A DNA stretch of 62,840 nucleotides, the filler included, from Vannella sp. (lineage: Eukaryota): assembly GCA_023345925.1 (NCBI GenBank). It is 5 parts of 5 records of this genome, joined end to end, with 100 filler letters (N's around TTAATTAATTAA, not from the genome) between each part and the next. Parts side by side here need not be neighbours in the genome. Positions count along the whole stretch, not along the records: positions 8,588 to 31,167 come from JAJQQN010000111.1; positions 31,268 to 46,961 come from JAJQQN010001370.1; 3 more parts are not named here. One strand, 5' to 3'. The translations under genes were made by a program, and so were the position numbers. Below are positions 23,125 through 35,313 of the stretch, piece by piece. A model generated the notes under the pieces. It did not search any database, was not told the DNA's origin, and was given only the letters and a program-made list of their open reading frames with translations. Each line of letters opens with the position of its first letter. The first letter of the stretch is position 1.

Positions 23125-26100
23125 ATGTTCGATAAGACCTGTGGGTCTGTGAAAGTCCTCCAAAGTTTCGCAGGAGAACGGACCTTACTTTTACTTACGA
23201 CGCCTATCGAGTTGATGGCCTCTTCGGAGAAGGGGACATCCCCCCGGACAATGCCTTCGCTCGCTTTGCCTTTGCCAGAGGAAGGGAAGTCAGCTGCTTC
23301 GAGACTGTCTTTGGTTGGGGGCGGTTTGGGAACCACCTCGACAGTCGACACCCTTCCTGTTCGGGGCGCTGCGCTTCTCAACCAGAGTATGAGGCGGTCA
23401 AGAGCCTCTCTCACAGATGAATCCATAAACAATGGACCACCGAGTGACCGGACGTCCGAACGAGGTCCCAGAACCACTCCCCCTTCACGGTTCTTCTCTG
23501 ACCCTCAGCGAGGCAAGTCACTGACTCAGAGAGTTGTTGCTCAGGAAGAGTTTGGCGTCTTCATACCAAGCCTTTCGACCCAAGACTCAGCAACGATCCG
23601 CTCGCGGAGGTTCATTTCCTCCCTTTTACGAGGGAAAGAGAAGAAGGAGGTCGTTGAACTTCCAAAGGCAGATGGAAGACTTGGACAAAGACAAGTACAG
23701 TGTATTCTACTCATCCAGCGATCTGTACGACGCTTTCTTGTCCAAAGAGTTGCGGTTCCCTCTGGTTTCGATGCTCCTACGCGCAAGGCGCTCTCCCTTT
23801 CCATCACGTGCATTCTAGAGCACGAGAAAAGACAAGTTAGCGTACTACAGGCGATAGTACGCTCCTACGTGGACCCTTTGCGCAGTGCGAAGGGAAGCAT
23901 CTCTCCAACTACCCCCAGCATCTCTCAAACCGCCATGGATGCACTCTTCTTCAACGTAGAGATGCTCCATTCCTACCACAGCAGCTTTGCAGAGAGTTTT
24001 GAGAGACTAGTGCAGTCCCTCCCACTCTCATGGGAGAGAATCTTCCAAGCTCTTTACTCCCACGTGAGGTCCTTGCCCATTTTCTATGAGGACTTTCCAA
24101 GTCTTCTGCACAAGTCCGACAAGGCACTCGCCCATCTCAAAGAGAAATCACTGGCCAAGTTGTTCCTGCTCCAAAAAGCTCGGGACCACACTTCCTTGGG
24201 CATAGGCAGCCTCCAAAAGCTCTTGGCTTACCCTTCAACGTATCTCTTCAATCTCCCAGCTCTCTACCAGCGGTTATTGGTCGCTATCTCTCCATTGCAG
24301 AAGACAGAGCAGTATCAGCAATGTTACCAGGCTTGCTCGATGATATTAATCATCTTCCGTACACACAAGAGGAACCTCACCGAGCTTGATTGTCGCGCAG
24401 CGATTGAACAGCTCTCCCATCCAGAATCTGGAGTCATTGACTTGTTCAAGAAGGGTCGACAGTTTATCAAGCAGGGAACTGCTGATTGGAAAGAACGGGT
24501 GCGCTTGAATTTGTTCTTATTCTCAGACTTGCTCGTTGTCACCAAAAAGAAGGGGAAGACCTATCAAGTTACGGACATTTCGCCGCTCTGCCGGGTCTTC
24601 ATCAGTAACTTAGAACGCACTGTCGGCGAAGTGATTTATTACCGAATTTGGTGGGGTGACACCAAATATGTCTTGGTCGAAAGGAACCAAAGCGGAATTG
24701 CGCAAGCTATTACAGACCAGATCCCTGGAGCTCGTGCCGCAGCAATGGTGGAGAAACTTGCGTTAACCGGAGTTGCACCAATTGCTCCTCTCTTATTCAA
24801 ATGCATTTACTACTTGGACAAGTCACGGTTCAAAACAAACATGTTCCGTATCCCAGGAAACCGTCCTAACGTCCTTCGAATGCTATGTGATGAGCGTAAG
24901 AGCCCTCTCTCCGAGTATTGATTCATCCTAATGCATTCTTAGTTCAAGGAAATCCAAGTGACTTCAACAAGTCTCATCGTGATGATATCGGGTCGCTTTT
25001 CATTGCCTTTCTCACTTACCTTCCAGCTCATATGAAAGCAGATCTTTCCATTCTGCTTGAAGGTCTTACCATTCCCACAAATGGGAGTCCACCATCGAAG
25101 GAGTCAATTTGCGAGCAGCTTTGCACCAGCCTGCTCCAACTTCCTGTGGAGGCAAGGCAGCTCCTGGATTATGTGACTTACTTTTTAGAGAGACTCAAGT
25201 CGAGTGGTGGCTCTTGCTGTGAAGAGTTGAGCACTCATTTCTTTTCGCTTTTGGAAAGTAACAACTCATCTCTTACCCTTGGTTGTCGCATGGCTCCAAC
25301 GGCTACAACGGCTCTAATGCTCTTGATAACAGAGAAGAAGAGACTCTTTCAAAGCGTTTTAGCGCAGGCACCTACAGGGGGCCTTCCTGACTCAGTTGGC
25401 GAGTTCCTCCTTGCAGAAGAGTTCTCTGACTGGTGGCAACGCTTCCGAGCTCGAGACCCAAGTTTCATCGAGCACATTAGCTCTATTTCTTTCATCCAGC
25501 GCTATTACGATACTATCTGCAACTGCAAGAGTAGTAGCGATAAGTATGCTTTCCTTGCAAAGAATGTTCTCATCACAGACGGTGTTGCCTTCCACATTTT
25601 GGGGAAGCCGGCCCTCTTAGACCACTTTTTCGAAGTGTTTTTGGCTTCCAGTAAGAACGAGATTGCCTTGACCCATCTGGGAGAGGTTTTGGTATCTCTG
25701 TGCGGGTTTGACTCGGAGGCCATCAGCCGTTATCTTGTCGAGAAGCCTCGCACAAGTCAAGCAGTTCTCGACATCGCGTTTTCTGGTAACGTGGCGAATG
25801 CCTTAGGTCTTATCATTGATCAAGGAAAGAGTTCCGCCGCTTTGGGACCTTTGATTGTTGCATGGGCAAATTCTCTTTCGCGCGATATTCTCAGGAGGGA
25901 TGATTCATTCATTCAATCACCAGATTATCCTTATTGGCTCTTTAATGCTTGCGACCTGCTTGGGAAGATTCTTCAACAGAGCAGCTTCCGCAGTGAAGAG
26001 CATTGCCTAATCCTTGCTGAAGACCTCAAAGCAGTTCTACCTCAACTCATTACCCTCTCTCTCACGTCTCCTCCTGACTTTTCTGTTGAGTTGCAGAACA

Positions 26101-26897
26101 TTCTTATTCAGGCCATAACGGAGGAGGTACTCGAAAAGGATGCCAAAGACCAATTGAATCTTTCTAGTGACGAGAACGACCAAAAAGCGTCCCTCCAACC
26201 AAGCAAATCCCCCAGAAAGACCGACCAGAACGACCAAACAGTTTCCCTTCAACCAAGCAAATCCCCCAGAAAGACCGACCAGGCTGAGCCAGAAGAAGAC
26301 TGCGATATTATAGAGTCGCACATGGAGTCCTCTGAGTCAAGCACTCAGTCTATGGCCGGCTTGGCAGTTTACTCGGCCTCTGTCACTGCCAACCGTTCCT
26401 ACAAAAAAAGCTGGGCGTCGATGCTCCTTGACCAAGGTGCTCCAATCACCAAAGCCATGCTTGGAGAGTCTTCCAGTTTACCTGCACAACTTGGTCAGCT
26501 CCGATTTGGATTCGTTTCGTTAATCCACGCGGTTATACGCTTAGATGTGATTGAGGAAGACCAACGCATCATTATTAGCCAGTGGATTCCCGCAGTTATC
26601 CGCTTATTTGTACACTTTTCACGACACTCCATTCTCCATCAACTTGTTTACGATATAGTCGTGAGCATCAGCTCCCGTCGTAGCAGCACCCTGGTAATGC
26701 ACTTGTTGAATGACACCTGCTTACTGGAAGCCATTGTGGAGGGCAAGAAGAAGAAGAAGAAGAGTGAGATCCCACTGTTTTTGGCTTATGCAGATCTCAT
26801 GATAACCGGTCTCCTGAGCAATCCTACCAGCAGAGACTACCTCACTTCCAAGCCTGAGTGGAAGTCTCTGCTGAAGCCTTTGTTGAAAGCAAAGTAA
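23125..26897 (+). CDS. Multidomain IQ-DH(RhoGEF)-PH-RhoGAP-SAPS-like protein; start may be 23215
   Basis: IQRSVRRFL; ILEHEKRQV...YVDPL...LFFNVEML; LFLFSDLLVV; KCIYYL...MFRIPGN; LGQLRFGFV...HSILHQLV. Intron near 24896-24941. Confidence 0.75.
26173..26283 (+). repeat. In-frame 54-nt tandem duplication (NDQxxSLQPSKSPRKTDQ x2)
   Basis: AGAACGACCAAA...CAACCAAGCAAATCCCCCAGAAAGACCGACC occurs twice. Confidence 0.9.
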
Positions 26898-26914
26898 AGA
26901 GGAAGGACATTGCT

Positions 26915-29276
26915 TTATGATTTCTTGAGCCGCGCCGGTCGAATAGGATGGGAATGGGAAGTGGCCTCTGTGTGCTTTGATTGTTTCTTGCCATAAGAGA
27001 GAAGAATTTGGAGCCCAAACGCAGATAGAGCGGCCAACGCAGCCAAGGTACCCTTTCGCAGAACGCCAACTTTGGCACCGACCACAAAGTCATCCAATGA
27101 CATGTACGCAATCGTGAAGGCGGCGGTCATCCAAAGAACGGGTATCTTTTGATGTAGAGAAACTGCGATTACTAGGAAGAGATAGATGGCCATGGTACTA
27201 GCTGAAGCTTCGTACTGGGAACTATCGCGCCAAAGTAAAGAGGTAAATGTTGCATGGGCAAAGACCAGATAGACGGATTGGACGAGCCCGTTCAGGCGGG
27301 CATCTTGAATAAGAGAGCAAAATATAGCCAAAAAGATGACAATGATGTCCAGTGCACCTACTGCACTCCACATAGGCACCCACGCATCTCCCTCACTCAC
27401 TATGAAGATGAGCCGAGGAAGAGTTTGGGAGATAAACAGCCAAAGCCAAAGAGCATCCCCAAAGATCATTCTCACCAAAGTAATAGGATGAGGATCAGCT
27501 TTCATCCAAGCGTAGATCTGGACCAAGGAAGGATATAAAGCCGTCACAAAGTAAAGAAAGCTATCCGAGTGAGAGCACTCTCGATAAATCCACATATTTG
27601 ACATTGAATGGACCAGCCCTTCAAATATAAGCTTCAGGTAGCTAGTGCGAACTACATGGGCTTGAACGGCCATCATTGCAATCACTAAGGATTGAATGAG
27701 AGCTTCCCTGTTCACCAAAGGAGACGTCAAAGGCTCGGTAGCGACCATCACGTAGCTTGACCAATAAAGGGTCTTGAGCCAAATGCAGAGTCCAGCTGTC
27801 ATTCCAATCCAATCGTCCGTGAAGAAAGAGACCATCGTCACCAGCCAACCTTCCGCAGCGATGGCAAAGTGTTTGATATCGCCAGATAATCCCAGCCAGA
27901 TACCCAAACTGAGCAGAGATAAAGAAACCACATAATTGGGATACACCAAACTCATTATCTCCTTGGGAGGAGGATATCTCTTCTCGTAGGTGGCAAAAAG
28001 AAATGCTGCAATCAAGTAGAGTGATCCCTTCACAATAGCCCAAGGAGCCCAATACGCAATGCTGTAGTAAGTAGAAGCTAAAAGATGAGTGCAACCGAAC
28101 AGGACTAAAAGATTAAACAAGATGAGCTTCCTTTGCTGAAACGCCAAAGGCAATTCACTATGCTGTTCACGCTGGCCCACGAGTGGATGTCCCCCGCCCA
28201 TAGAACTTGTTAATTTTGGCTTCCTCTTTGATGTTTGTCTCCGTTCCTGCGCTTTGGGAGTGACTTGGAAGGTACTTCCGTAAAGAAGGCGTTCCCGAAT
28301 CATTGTACTGCCCCAGAATTGGACCCAATGGCAGAACACTACTGCCCGGATGATTTCAGTGTCCTGCCGTGATAGAGCAAGAAGGTTATGAAGATGCATG
28401 GCCCCCCAAAAGCCAAAAGCAGCTGCCAGAAGCAATAATGCCCATCCATGGTACAGGTACAGCCCAATAGCGCTGGAGATAATCAGTGACGAGTACAACA
28501 CTGCAGTAGGTGTATCGTAAGCGTCCTCAATGATGAAAGGCATCGCCATCCCGAGGAGCAGCGCCATGATTGAAAGTGACATTGAGTTCTTTCGCAGACT
28601 AACCAAGAAGGCGGTCTGTGTGAGGAAGAAGGACAAGACCATGATATGCTTCTCGTTAAAGAGACCATACTTGGTCTCCAAACTGGCTCCCGCAAGGATA
28701 TAAAGCACTCCAAAGAGGGAAGGCCAGATGAAAGTGTCTACAACCTGCTCTGTAGGACTCAGCTCTCGGTGAGGAGAGAAGTAGTAGTCGGTCATGACTG
28801 TGAGCAAACAACATGTGAAGATGGCAGCCATTAGCAAGCGCCCTGGGCCTGTGGAGATGTCCACATAAAGGGAAGCAGTGTACACTGCTCGTTGGTTAGT
28901 CCTTGTCCCTGAGAGTGATTCCAGATGATCCAGTCTTACGTAGGGCTATGAATCCGATAAGTTCGCAGACTGCACTGGTGTTGTAGAAGAAGGAACCCTT
29001 TGCGGGGGCTGAGCTGACGTTTACCGGCTTGAGATGGGACATAGACTCGCGTAGGAGATGAGGCATGGATGCCATTCTCTGTAGAGTTGAAGAAGAGAGC
29101 GAAATCACAGGCCCCAGATGCCGTACTGCACTGGACGACAGATTGGGAATTGATCCATTGCGATCCACCTCCTTCGGCGTCTCCTTCCCTCCCACTGCAG
29201 GTACTGAACGAACCATCTTCGACCTCCTCCCCCGATCCCCTTCCCCCAGGGAAAGTCTCAACCGATGGTCAGGCAT
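26915..29276 (-). CDS. Multi-pass membrane protein, DUF2339-like
   Basis: 656-aa highly hydrophobic ORF plus upstream exons; SLRKNSMSLSIMALLLGMAMPF...LY...HGW pattern. Confidence 0.6.
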
Positions 29277-29322
29277 TTCAAAGCGCCAACCGACCCGCCA
29301 ACCAACTAATGTCCAATAAAAA

Positions 29323-29377
29323 TGTCCTGATGACCCCATCTCTTCAGGATAAGCATTTTAGACTGATTTCGTTTTTT
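29323..29377 (-). repeat. Copy 2 of ~55-bp dispersed element
   Basis: + strand TGTCCTGATGACCCCATCTCTTCAGGATAAGCATTTTAGACTGATTTCGTTTTTT, between divergent genes. Confidence 0.9.
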
Positions 29378-29625
29378 CACTTTTTTCTTTCCCCAACGAG
29401 AGGCCGTCAAAGCCGATCAGATGCTTTGAAAGTGATCGCTCGACTCTTTTCGCTCACTGGTGACCAATCCGCGAGCGCTGTTTGGCCTTCTGGAGGCTGT
29501 CAATGAGGAATCCTTGAACTTCCTCCACAATTCGAGGGTACTGGTAGTGTCCTCTCCTGTTCCATGGCGTTCATTGTGTTCTCGGACATGCATTCACTTG
29601 AATAACTCGCACAGTTCGGTCATTC

Positions 29626-31077
29626 ATGGCCTGGCCGTTGGTGTCGGCGTCTCTGTCGGCGATTGCCGCCACTTTGAAGATCCAGTTGGTCATCTTGGTG
29701 GGCGTTTTGCTGTCTTTGGCGGGTGTTCTACAACCAGATGTGGCCAAGGGCCTTCAGCGAGTGGCGTACTATGCTTTGATACCGAGTTTGCTGTTCACCA
29801 ATGTCGCCTCGACGGTGACGCCCAGTTCGTTGGTTTCGCTCTCATTTGTGGCTCTCTTTGCTTTGGCAACTGTGTGCATTGGTGTCTTGTTGGGATACAT
29901 CACCTGGATGTTGCTGAAGGTGGTCCACTGCCAGAAGGGATCATCAGAGGACGAGGTTTCCTTCCATCAAGTCTCCGATAGAGAGCTTTGGCAAGAATCT
30001 GACACAGGTAAGTGACTCTTATCTTATTGGGTCTACTATCGTTGCTCATTGAAGGCTTGTGGTAGTGGAGCGGCAGAATTCCAGCACAGAACTGATGCTC
30101 CATCCACACATTGAGGAAGTGCCGAAGCCTCTGGAGCAGCCAAAGGAACCTCTTGAAAGAGGACAGTACGTCGCATCATGTGGCTTTGGTAACTCGGTGT
30201 CTATCCCTCTGGCACTGCTGGAGGGACTCTATCCAGCAGCCATGTTCCAAGAAGAGCTTCGTCTCTCCGTCTCCTACGCGGCCATTTACATAGCAGTCTC
30301 TCAAATCTGCCTATACACCTGGGGACAAGCTCTATGTGCAGGTACGGAAGCCCTCCTTTGCCGAATGCAGCGAATTCAAGATCCTCCAGGAGAATGTGGG
30401 AAGGCCGCCGGGTGGAAGAGGAGGCTTTGGAAGACTTTCTCTCTTGTATTGACACCTCCTACAATATCATTGGTCTTGGGCTTGACTGTTGCCTTGATTG
30501 AGCCAGTCCAGAGACTATTTTATCATTTGCCGGAAACTCCGGTTCTCTTTCCGGATTACCCGGCCATCTCCCCTCCCCTGGTGTTTTTCTCAAGTGCCAT
30601 CGAGCAGCTAGCTGGAGCATGTGAGCCTCATCCAGAGAATCTGAAAGTGTCACTCACAAGATACTTTTTCTTCACGCGGAAGCCTCTCCAATCCTGTTGC
30701 TCCTCTTGGGAGGAAGTATGTCAAAAGGTCCTGGAAAGGATACTCCGCTGCGGTACTTATTCGCATCCGTAGCTACCAAGTGAGTTCCGCTCTTCTCCAG
30801 TCCGGTGCTCACAAAAACCAGACTTTTCGTTTGCCCTCTGGTGGGGATGCTAATGGTCGCCCTCGCTATTTCCCTGGGCTTTGTTGACACACAAGAGATG
30901 GGCATAGTTCTTGTGGTGATGGCCTCCACTCCTGCTGCTGTCACTCTTGTCACTCTCGTCACAGTCGAAGGGAAAGCGGAAGAAAAGATCTCTTCCATTC
31001 TGTTTTTTCAATACCTCACCGCCATCCTCTCCCTCCCTTGCTGTCTCATCCTGTACCAAGCATTTTTTGCGCAATGA
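29626..31077 (+). CDS. Auxin efflux carrier family (PILS-like, Mem_trans) transporter
   Basis: YALIPSLLF, CGFGNSVSIPL, TPPTIS, PILLLLLG, RLFVCPLVG, STPAA, ILFFQY; three introns. Confidence 0.88.
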
Positions 31078-31086
31078 AAGCAAAAA

Positions 31087-31167
31087 TGATGACGGTGGGA
31101 CTCGAACCCACGAACCCGGAGGACCACGGCCTTAACGTGGCGCGTTTGACCACTTCGCTACGTCATC
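31087..31167 (-). tRNA. trnL: tRNA-Leu (anticodon AAG)
   Basis: Minus strand GATGACG/CGTCATC acceptor stem, TAGCGAAGTGG A-box, CCACG-TTAAGGC-CGTGG anticodon arm, long variable arm, GGTTCGAGTCC B-box, A discriminator, then TTTTT terminator. 5' end coincides with the contig end. Confidence 0.96.
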
Positions 31168-31267
31168 NNNNNNNNNNNNNNNNNNNNNNNNNNNNNNNNN
31201 NNNNNNNNNNNTTAATTAATTAANNNNNNNNNNNNNNNNNNNNNNNNNNNNNNNNNNNNNNNNNNNN
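31168..31267. other. Artificial contig linker
   Basis: N44-TTAATTAATTAA-N44. Confidence 0.98.
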
Positions 31268-31321
31268 CTTATCCTGAAGAGATGGAGGTCATCAGGACAC
31301 TCTACGCAAACACGAGTTTTG
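31268..31321 (+). repeat. Copy 3 of dispersed element, truncated at contig start
   Basis: CTTATCCTGAAGAGATGGAGGTCATCAGGAC, plus an extension CTACGCA...ACGAGTT shared with copy 4. Confidence 0.9.
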
Positions 31322-32150
31322 GAACCCTCTTCCCCTTCGCTCGTGGATTCTCTCCTTCCTCTCTGGAGAAGATGCTTGTTGTTACAAGAAAGAGACGATT
31401 TATGTACCTCAAGCAGGTTCGCAAGGACTCCTTCGAACCCTTTCGAGGGGGGTGGAAGAGTTGTGTGGTATGGAGATTAGTGATCGCCTGGTGACTCGTC
31501 GAGATCTGCTGTAAAAGAGCCTAAAGAGAGTGATCCTGCACTGACTATGACTGCCAAGACCCATGGGAGAAGAGAGAGTGGTTGTTGGGCCTGTGGCAAA
31601 CCGGCCGAGTTAGGGAACCCTAATTTCCTTAGGAGGAAAGTTACCCAAACTTGCCCTTTTAGGACTTTTGCTCTTATTTGGTACACTCTTTTCCATTTCA
31701 CCCTCCCCAGGATCGTGTCGGCATTGTGCCGGTCCCTGTTGCGGCAGTAAGAATCTTGTAGGAAGCAACTGGAGCTTCCACAAGGCGGGAACGTTTGTTC
31801 CTCCTGATGGGCAGTCCTATTCTCGACTCAGGTCCGGAAATACTGCGAGGCAATGTTCAAACAACGCTTGCAACGCCAAACCCGAGGAAAGGGAGGGAAG
31901 CAAAGCGCGAGAAGCCACGTAGATACTCCAAAGGATTCGCCCCATCTTCTAGAAACAGAGACTCTAACAGCGTTCTCTAATCATGTCTAAGAGTGGAAAT
32001 GACCTTGACGAAGGCATCAAATCTAGTTGATGGGAGATGTCATCTCCAAGTAAAGAAGGATGACGGAGATGATTATCTGAAAGTGCCTCGACCATTAACA
32101 CTAACTTATGACGAAGATTCCTTCTTCCCATTCTGTGACGGCAGTCATTC

Positions 32151-32992
32151 ATGCATCGCCCTCCGCCACCGCAAATCGGACTCATTGAGGGCTGTCTTCC
32201 CAAGTACACTTTTCAGGGCTCCAGACTTCTTGGTTCGGGGGCTGACGGACAAGTAGTCTCGGCCAAGACTCTCCAAGGCCATCTAGTAGCAGTCAAGCTC
32301 CTTCCTTTGGACACCCCAGCAAAGAACAACCTCTTCCAGAATGAAGTGTTCTTCTCTCGCACTTTGGCACGCGTTGGCATCGCCATTCAAGTTTACGACG
32401 TTCTTGCTCTTCCCTCCTTACCGGGAGCATCGTCTTTGAGAGAGCAGCAAGTGACCTTCTAGACGCCATGCAAGCTTCTCCAAATGGCTACTTCAATCCT
32501 CGTCAAGGAGCATCTGCGTTCCAGCAAGTTTGCCAGCTGGTGGAACGCATGCACAGTATGCGGATCGCACACCTTGATCTGAAGCCTGAAAACGTTCTTG
32601 TGGATAGCAAAGGCGACCTCCGTCTGTGTGACTTTGGCCGAGCTCATCAATGGACGACTGAAACCCGAAGATACGACAAGTTCATGTCCCCGGTGAGCAC
32701 TAGAGAGTACTGCAGTCCCGAGAGGTTCAGTCAAGATGACTTTGACGTGGCAGCAGCAGACATCTTCAGCTTGGGAGTCATCCTACACGTGATGATGACG
32801 GGCTTCTTCCCCTGGCTCACTCCTAAATCCGGCGTTGCAACTGTGTTCCCACTTCCCCTCGACCTAACAGATGAAGACATGGAACCAGACTGTTTAGAAC
32901 TGCTCCGGTGGATGCTCCAGAGTGATCCTCCTTCACGACCTTCCATCCAACAGATCCTCGCCCACAAGTGGCTCATAACAAAGCGCCTTTGA
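32151..32992 (+). pseudogene. Ser/Thr protein kinase (CAMK-like) split by a 1-nt frame break; pseudogene or assembly indel
   Basis: LGSGADGQV and VAVK in one frame; IVFERAASDLLD, HLDLKPEN, DFG, YCSPE, DIFSLG in another frame. Break at about 32415-32425, with no suitable intron. Confidence 0.7.
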
Positions 32993-33182
32993 TTCCTCCA
33001 CCTGACGCATTGACATCCTCTCAACGAATGGCTCTTCCAGCGCCAGGAAGGAGGACAACCAGCTTGATGCGTTGAGGACCCAAAAGAGGCGCTCTTTGCC
33101 CAAATCCTTCCATTCCACAAATGTGGTCCAACGCACGGACAAATAGAATCAAAGGTGATCCTCCCAATCCCATTATTATTGG

Positions 33183-35276
33183 ATGGACTTGAAAGAGAGG
33201 GCGGACGAGGCCTTTCGTGCCAAGCGCTTTGGGGAGGCAGTGGAGGGCTATTCTGCAGCGATAGATGTGGAGAGAGACCGGGCGGTGCTGTATTTGAATA
33301 GGGCTCAAGCTTACCTGGCCATGGGGAAGCCGTGTGAGGGGCTGAGTGACTGCTGGCACTTTCTGTCAAGGAGACAGCTCTCCAACGATCCCCAGCTCCT
33401 ATCCAAAGCCCTCTTTCGCATGGCAAAGTGCTCTGCTCAGATCCATGATAAGAAGATGCCGCACCGAGCGGAAGGAGAGCTGCCCTCTCAAGGAGCGACA
33501 AGCGCACTCTTCTTTGCTGCTTCTGCACTTAGTGACGCATCTGGAGGGATGCAAAAGGATCTATATCGTCTTCTAGATGGCAAATACTCCCATAGAAAAG
33601 CGGTTGGCCCTCTCCCCTTTGGCTTTGTGGGAGAGAATGTCTCTCGCGCTCACTCTGTTGACGCTTTCGGCTCTCTTGAAGAGACGTTAAGCCTTGAAGG
33701 AAGCCCCTTAGACGTTACTTCGCCTAATGTGGGAGATAGAATGCTCCTTTGTGCTGTTGGGGGCTCACCAATGCCCTTTTTCTTCGCCCCAACATTGTCA
33801 TTAGCCCTAACTCCCAATTCTCGCGTGGATGTGATTGAGAGATCCCCAATTAGGTTGATTTGGACGATAGTAATGTGGTATGCCTTCTGTACTAGCCTCA
33901 AATACGACTCAGGTGACTTTTTTTCTTCTCTTTTGTACGATTCCAGCCTTTCTTCCTGCCATAGGAGGACTCTTCTTGGTCTTTTAGAGGATCTGAGCCT
34001 TTCTCAGAATGGAAATGAACCATTTACTCTTCATTCTGCAAGCCACCGCCCTGATCTACAAGGAATGCTGCAACTTTGTGCCTCATTCTGGAAAGTCAGG
34101 CTACAACGAGATGAGCTTGCCAATCCTTTGCACTTTCATCCTTGGGGTGACTGCACCCTCGTGACTGGTCTCCCAATTGGAGAAGAACTGAGACTCCGGA
34201 AATGTGAATGGAGTCAGTTACTACCTTCCATCTCAGCTTCCCAGGGACCTGCGGTCCACTTTTGGATTGGAGATGCGTTAGAAGTGCTCCTGAATGAGCC
34301 TCAGAGCCACTTTTCTGCAATCTATACAAACGCTCTGGTCGATTCGTGTGGAATATGGAATGTCCTTTCAGTGATGGCCCCGCTGATGGCGCCAGAATGC
34401 ACCTTGTTTTCAAGCTCATCATTTGGTTCGCCTCAGAGCTATCAGGAGTGTATTGCTCCCTCGTACTGTGATGAGGGAGAAGTAGATGCGCTTTTTGGTG
34501 TGTTCGGCTTGAGAGTGGAGAGCGCCCAGACCAAGCCCAACGGTACCTTGGACATACAATACAAGAGGGAGTCAGCTAGTGCGCTTCCTCTAGAGCACAT
34601 CCAGGCAACAGTAATCAAGTTACTCACTCGACTGGTCCTGCGCTATTCAGTCACTCCGATTAGGCCATTAGAAGTGGACAATAATGCGCTTTTGCTCTCA
34701 GGATATCAAGTACCTTACCATACCGCCTTAACAATCCTTTTATGCGCCAGATGCGCATCTCTTCTTTATCCAAATAGTGCCAAGCACCTTTTGGATGTCA
34801 TTCTCTTGCACGATAACTTCGTTGGAAGACCGTTCATCAAGCACAGACATCTAGCGTTTCGTCTAGCAGGCTCGTTGGGTCTCTTTCACTGGCCAGACAC
34901 TTTTCTTTCCTCCCAACTATTCATTCCTCCTGCCTCCGTCTTCTGGAGAGTTATAAGAGCCATCCCAGCATCAAAATCTGGTAATTCAACGCCTGCATAT
35001 CACCCTTTGAACCTTCTCCTCCTATTCTTGGACAAACGCTCCGCATCTCAAGCTTGGGAGAAACAAAACTCTGCCGGAAAGTCTGATCTCTTCATGTGGA
35101 TCCTTTCACAAGACAGTAGTCAGCTTCAAATGCTTGACCAGGTTGAATATCACCACACAGCCCAATGCCTTGCGTTTTTGTGGCCGGAAGGAGACAAAGC
35201 GGCCGCTTTGATGCGTTTTGCCCTGTTGATTGATTTGAACACATATCGCGCTATCACACGCATTATTGAGCTCTAA
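33183..35276 (+). CDS. N-terminal TPR protein with uncharacterised (possibly DUF4470-like) C-terminal region
   Basis: LKERADEAF...AVEGYSAAI...LYLNRAQAYL TPR; 697-aa intronless ORF. Confidence 0.75.
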   Translation: MDLKERADEAFRAKRFGEAVEGYSAAIDVERDRAVLYLNRAQAYLAMGKPCEGLSDCWHFLSRRQLSNDPQLLSKALFRMAKCSAQIHDKKMPHRAEGELPSQGATSALFFAASALSDASGGMQKDLYRLLDGKYSHRKAVGPLPFGFVGENVSRAHSVDAFGSLEETLSLEGSPLDVTSPNVGDRMLLCAVGGSPMPFFFAPTLSLALTPNSRVDVIERSPIRLIWTIVMWYAFCTSLKYDSGDFFSSLLYDSSLSSCHRRTLLGLLEDLSLSQNGNEPFTLHSASHRPDLQGMLQLCASFWKVRLQRDELANPLHFHPWGDCTLVTGLPIGEELRLRKCEWSQLLPSISASQGPAVHFWIGDALEVLLNEPQSHFSAIYTNALVDSCGIWNVLSVMAPLMAPECTLFSSSSFGSPQSYQECIAPSYCDEGEVDALFGVFGLRVESAQTKPNGTLDIQYKRESASALPLEHIQATVIKLLTRLVLRYSVTPIRPLEVDNNALLLSGYQVPYHTALTILLCARCASLLYPNSAKHLLDVILLHDNFVGRPFIKHRHLAFRLAGSLGLFHWPDTFLSSQLFIPPASVFWRVIRAIPASKSGNSTPAYHPLNLLLLFLDKRSASQAWEKQNSAGKSDLFMWILSQDSSQLQMLDQVEYHHTAQCLAFLWPEGDKAAALMRFALLIDLNTYRAITRIIEL

Positions 35277-35313
35277 AGAGACTTCCAAGTATCTTTGCGT
35301 TCCCAGGACGGGT

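Noticed and set aside
31610..31623. TTAGGG-AA-CCCTAA head-to-head telomere fusion
   Set aside because: A single unit per arm; compatible with chance.
32125..32150. PFCDGSH (CDGSH Fe-S motif) in ORF 31993-32256
   Set aside because: The upstream C-X-C ligands are missing and it is out of frame with the kinase; likely chance or a remnant.
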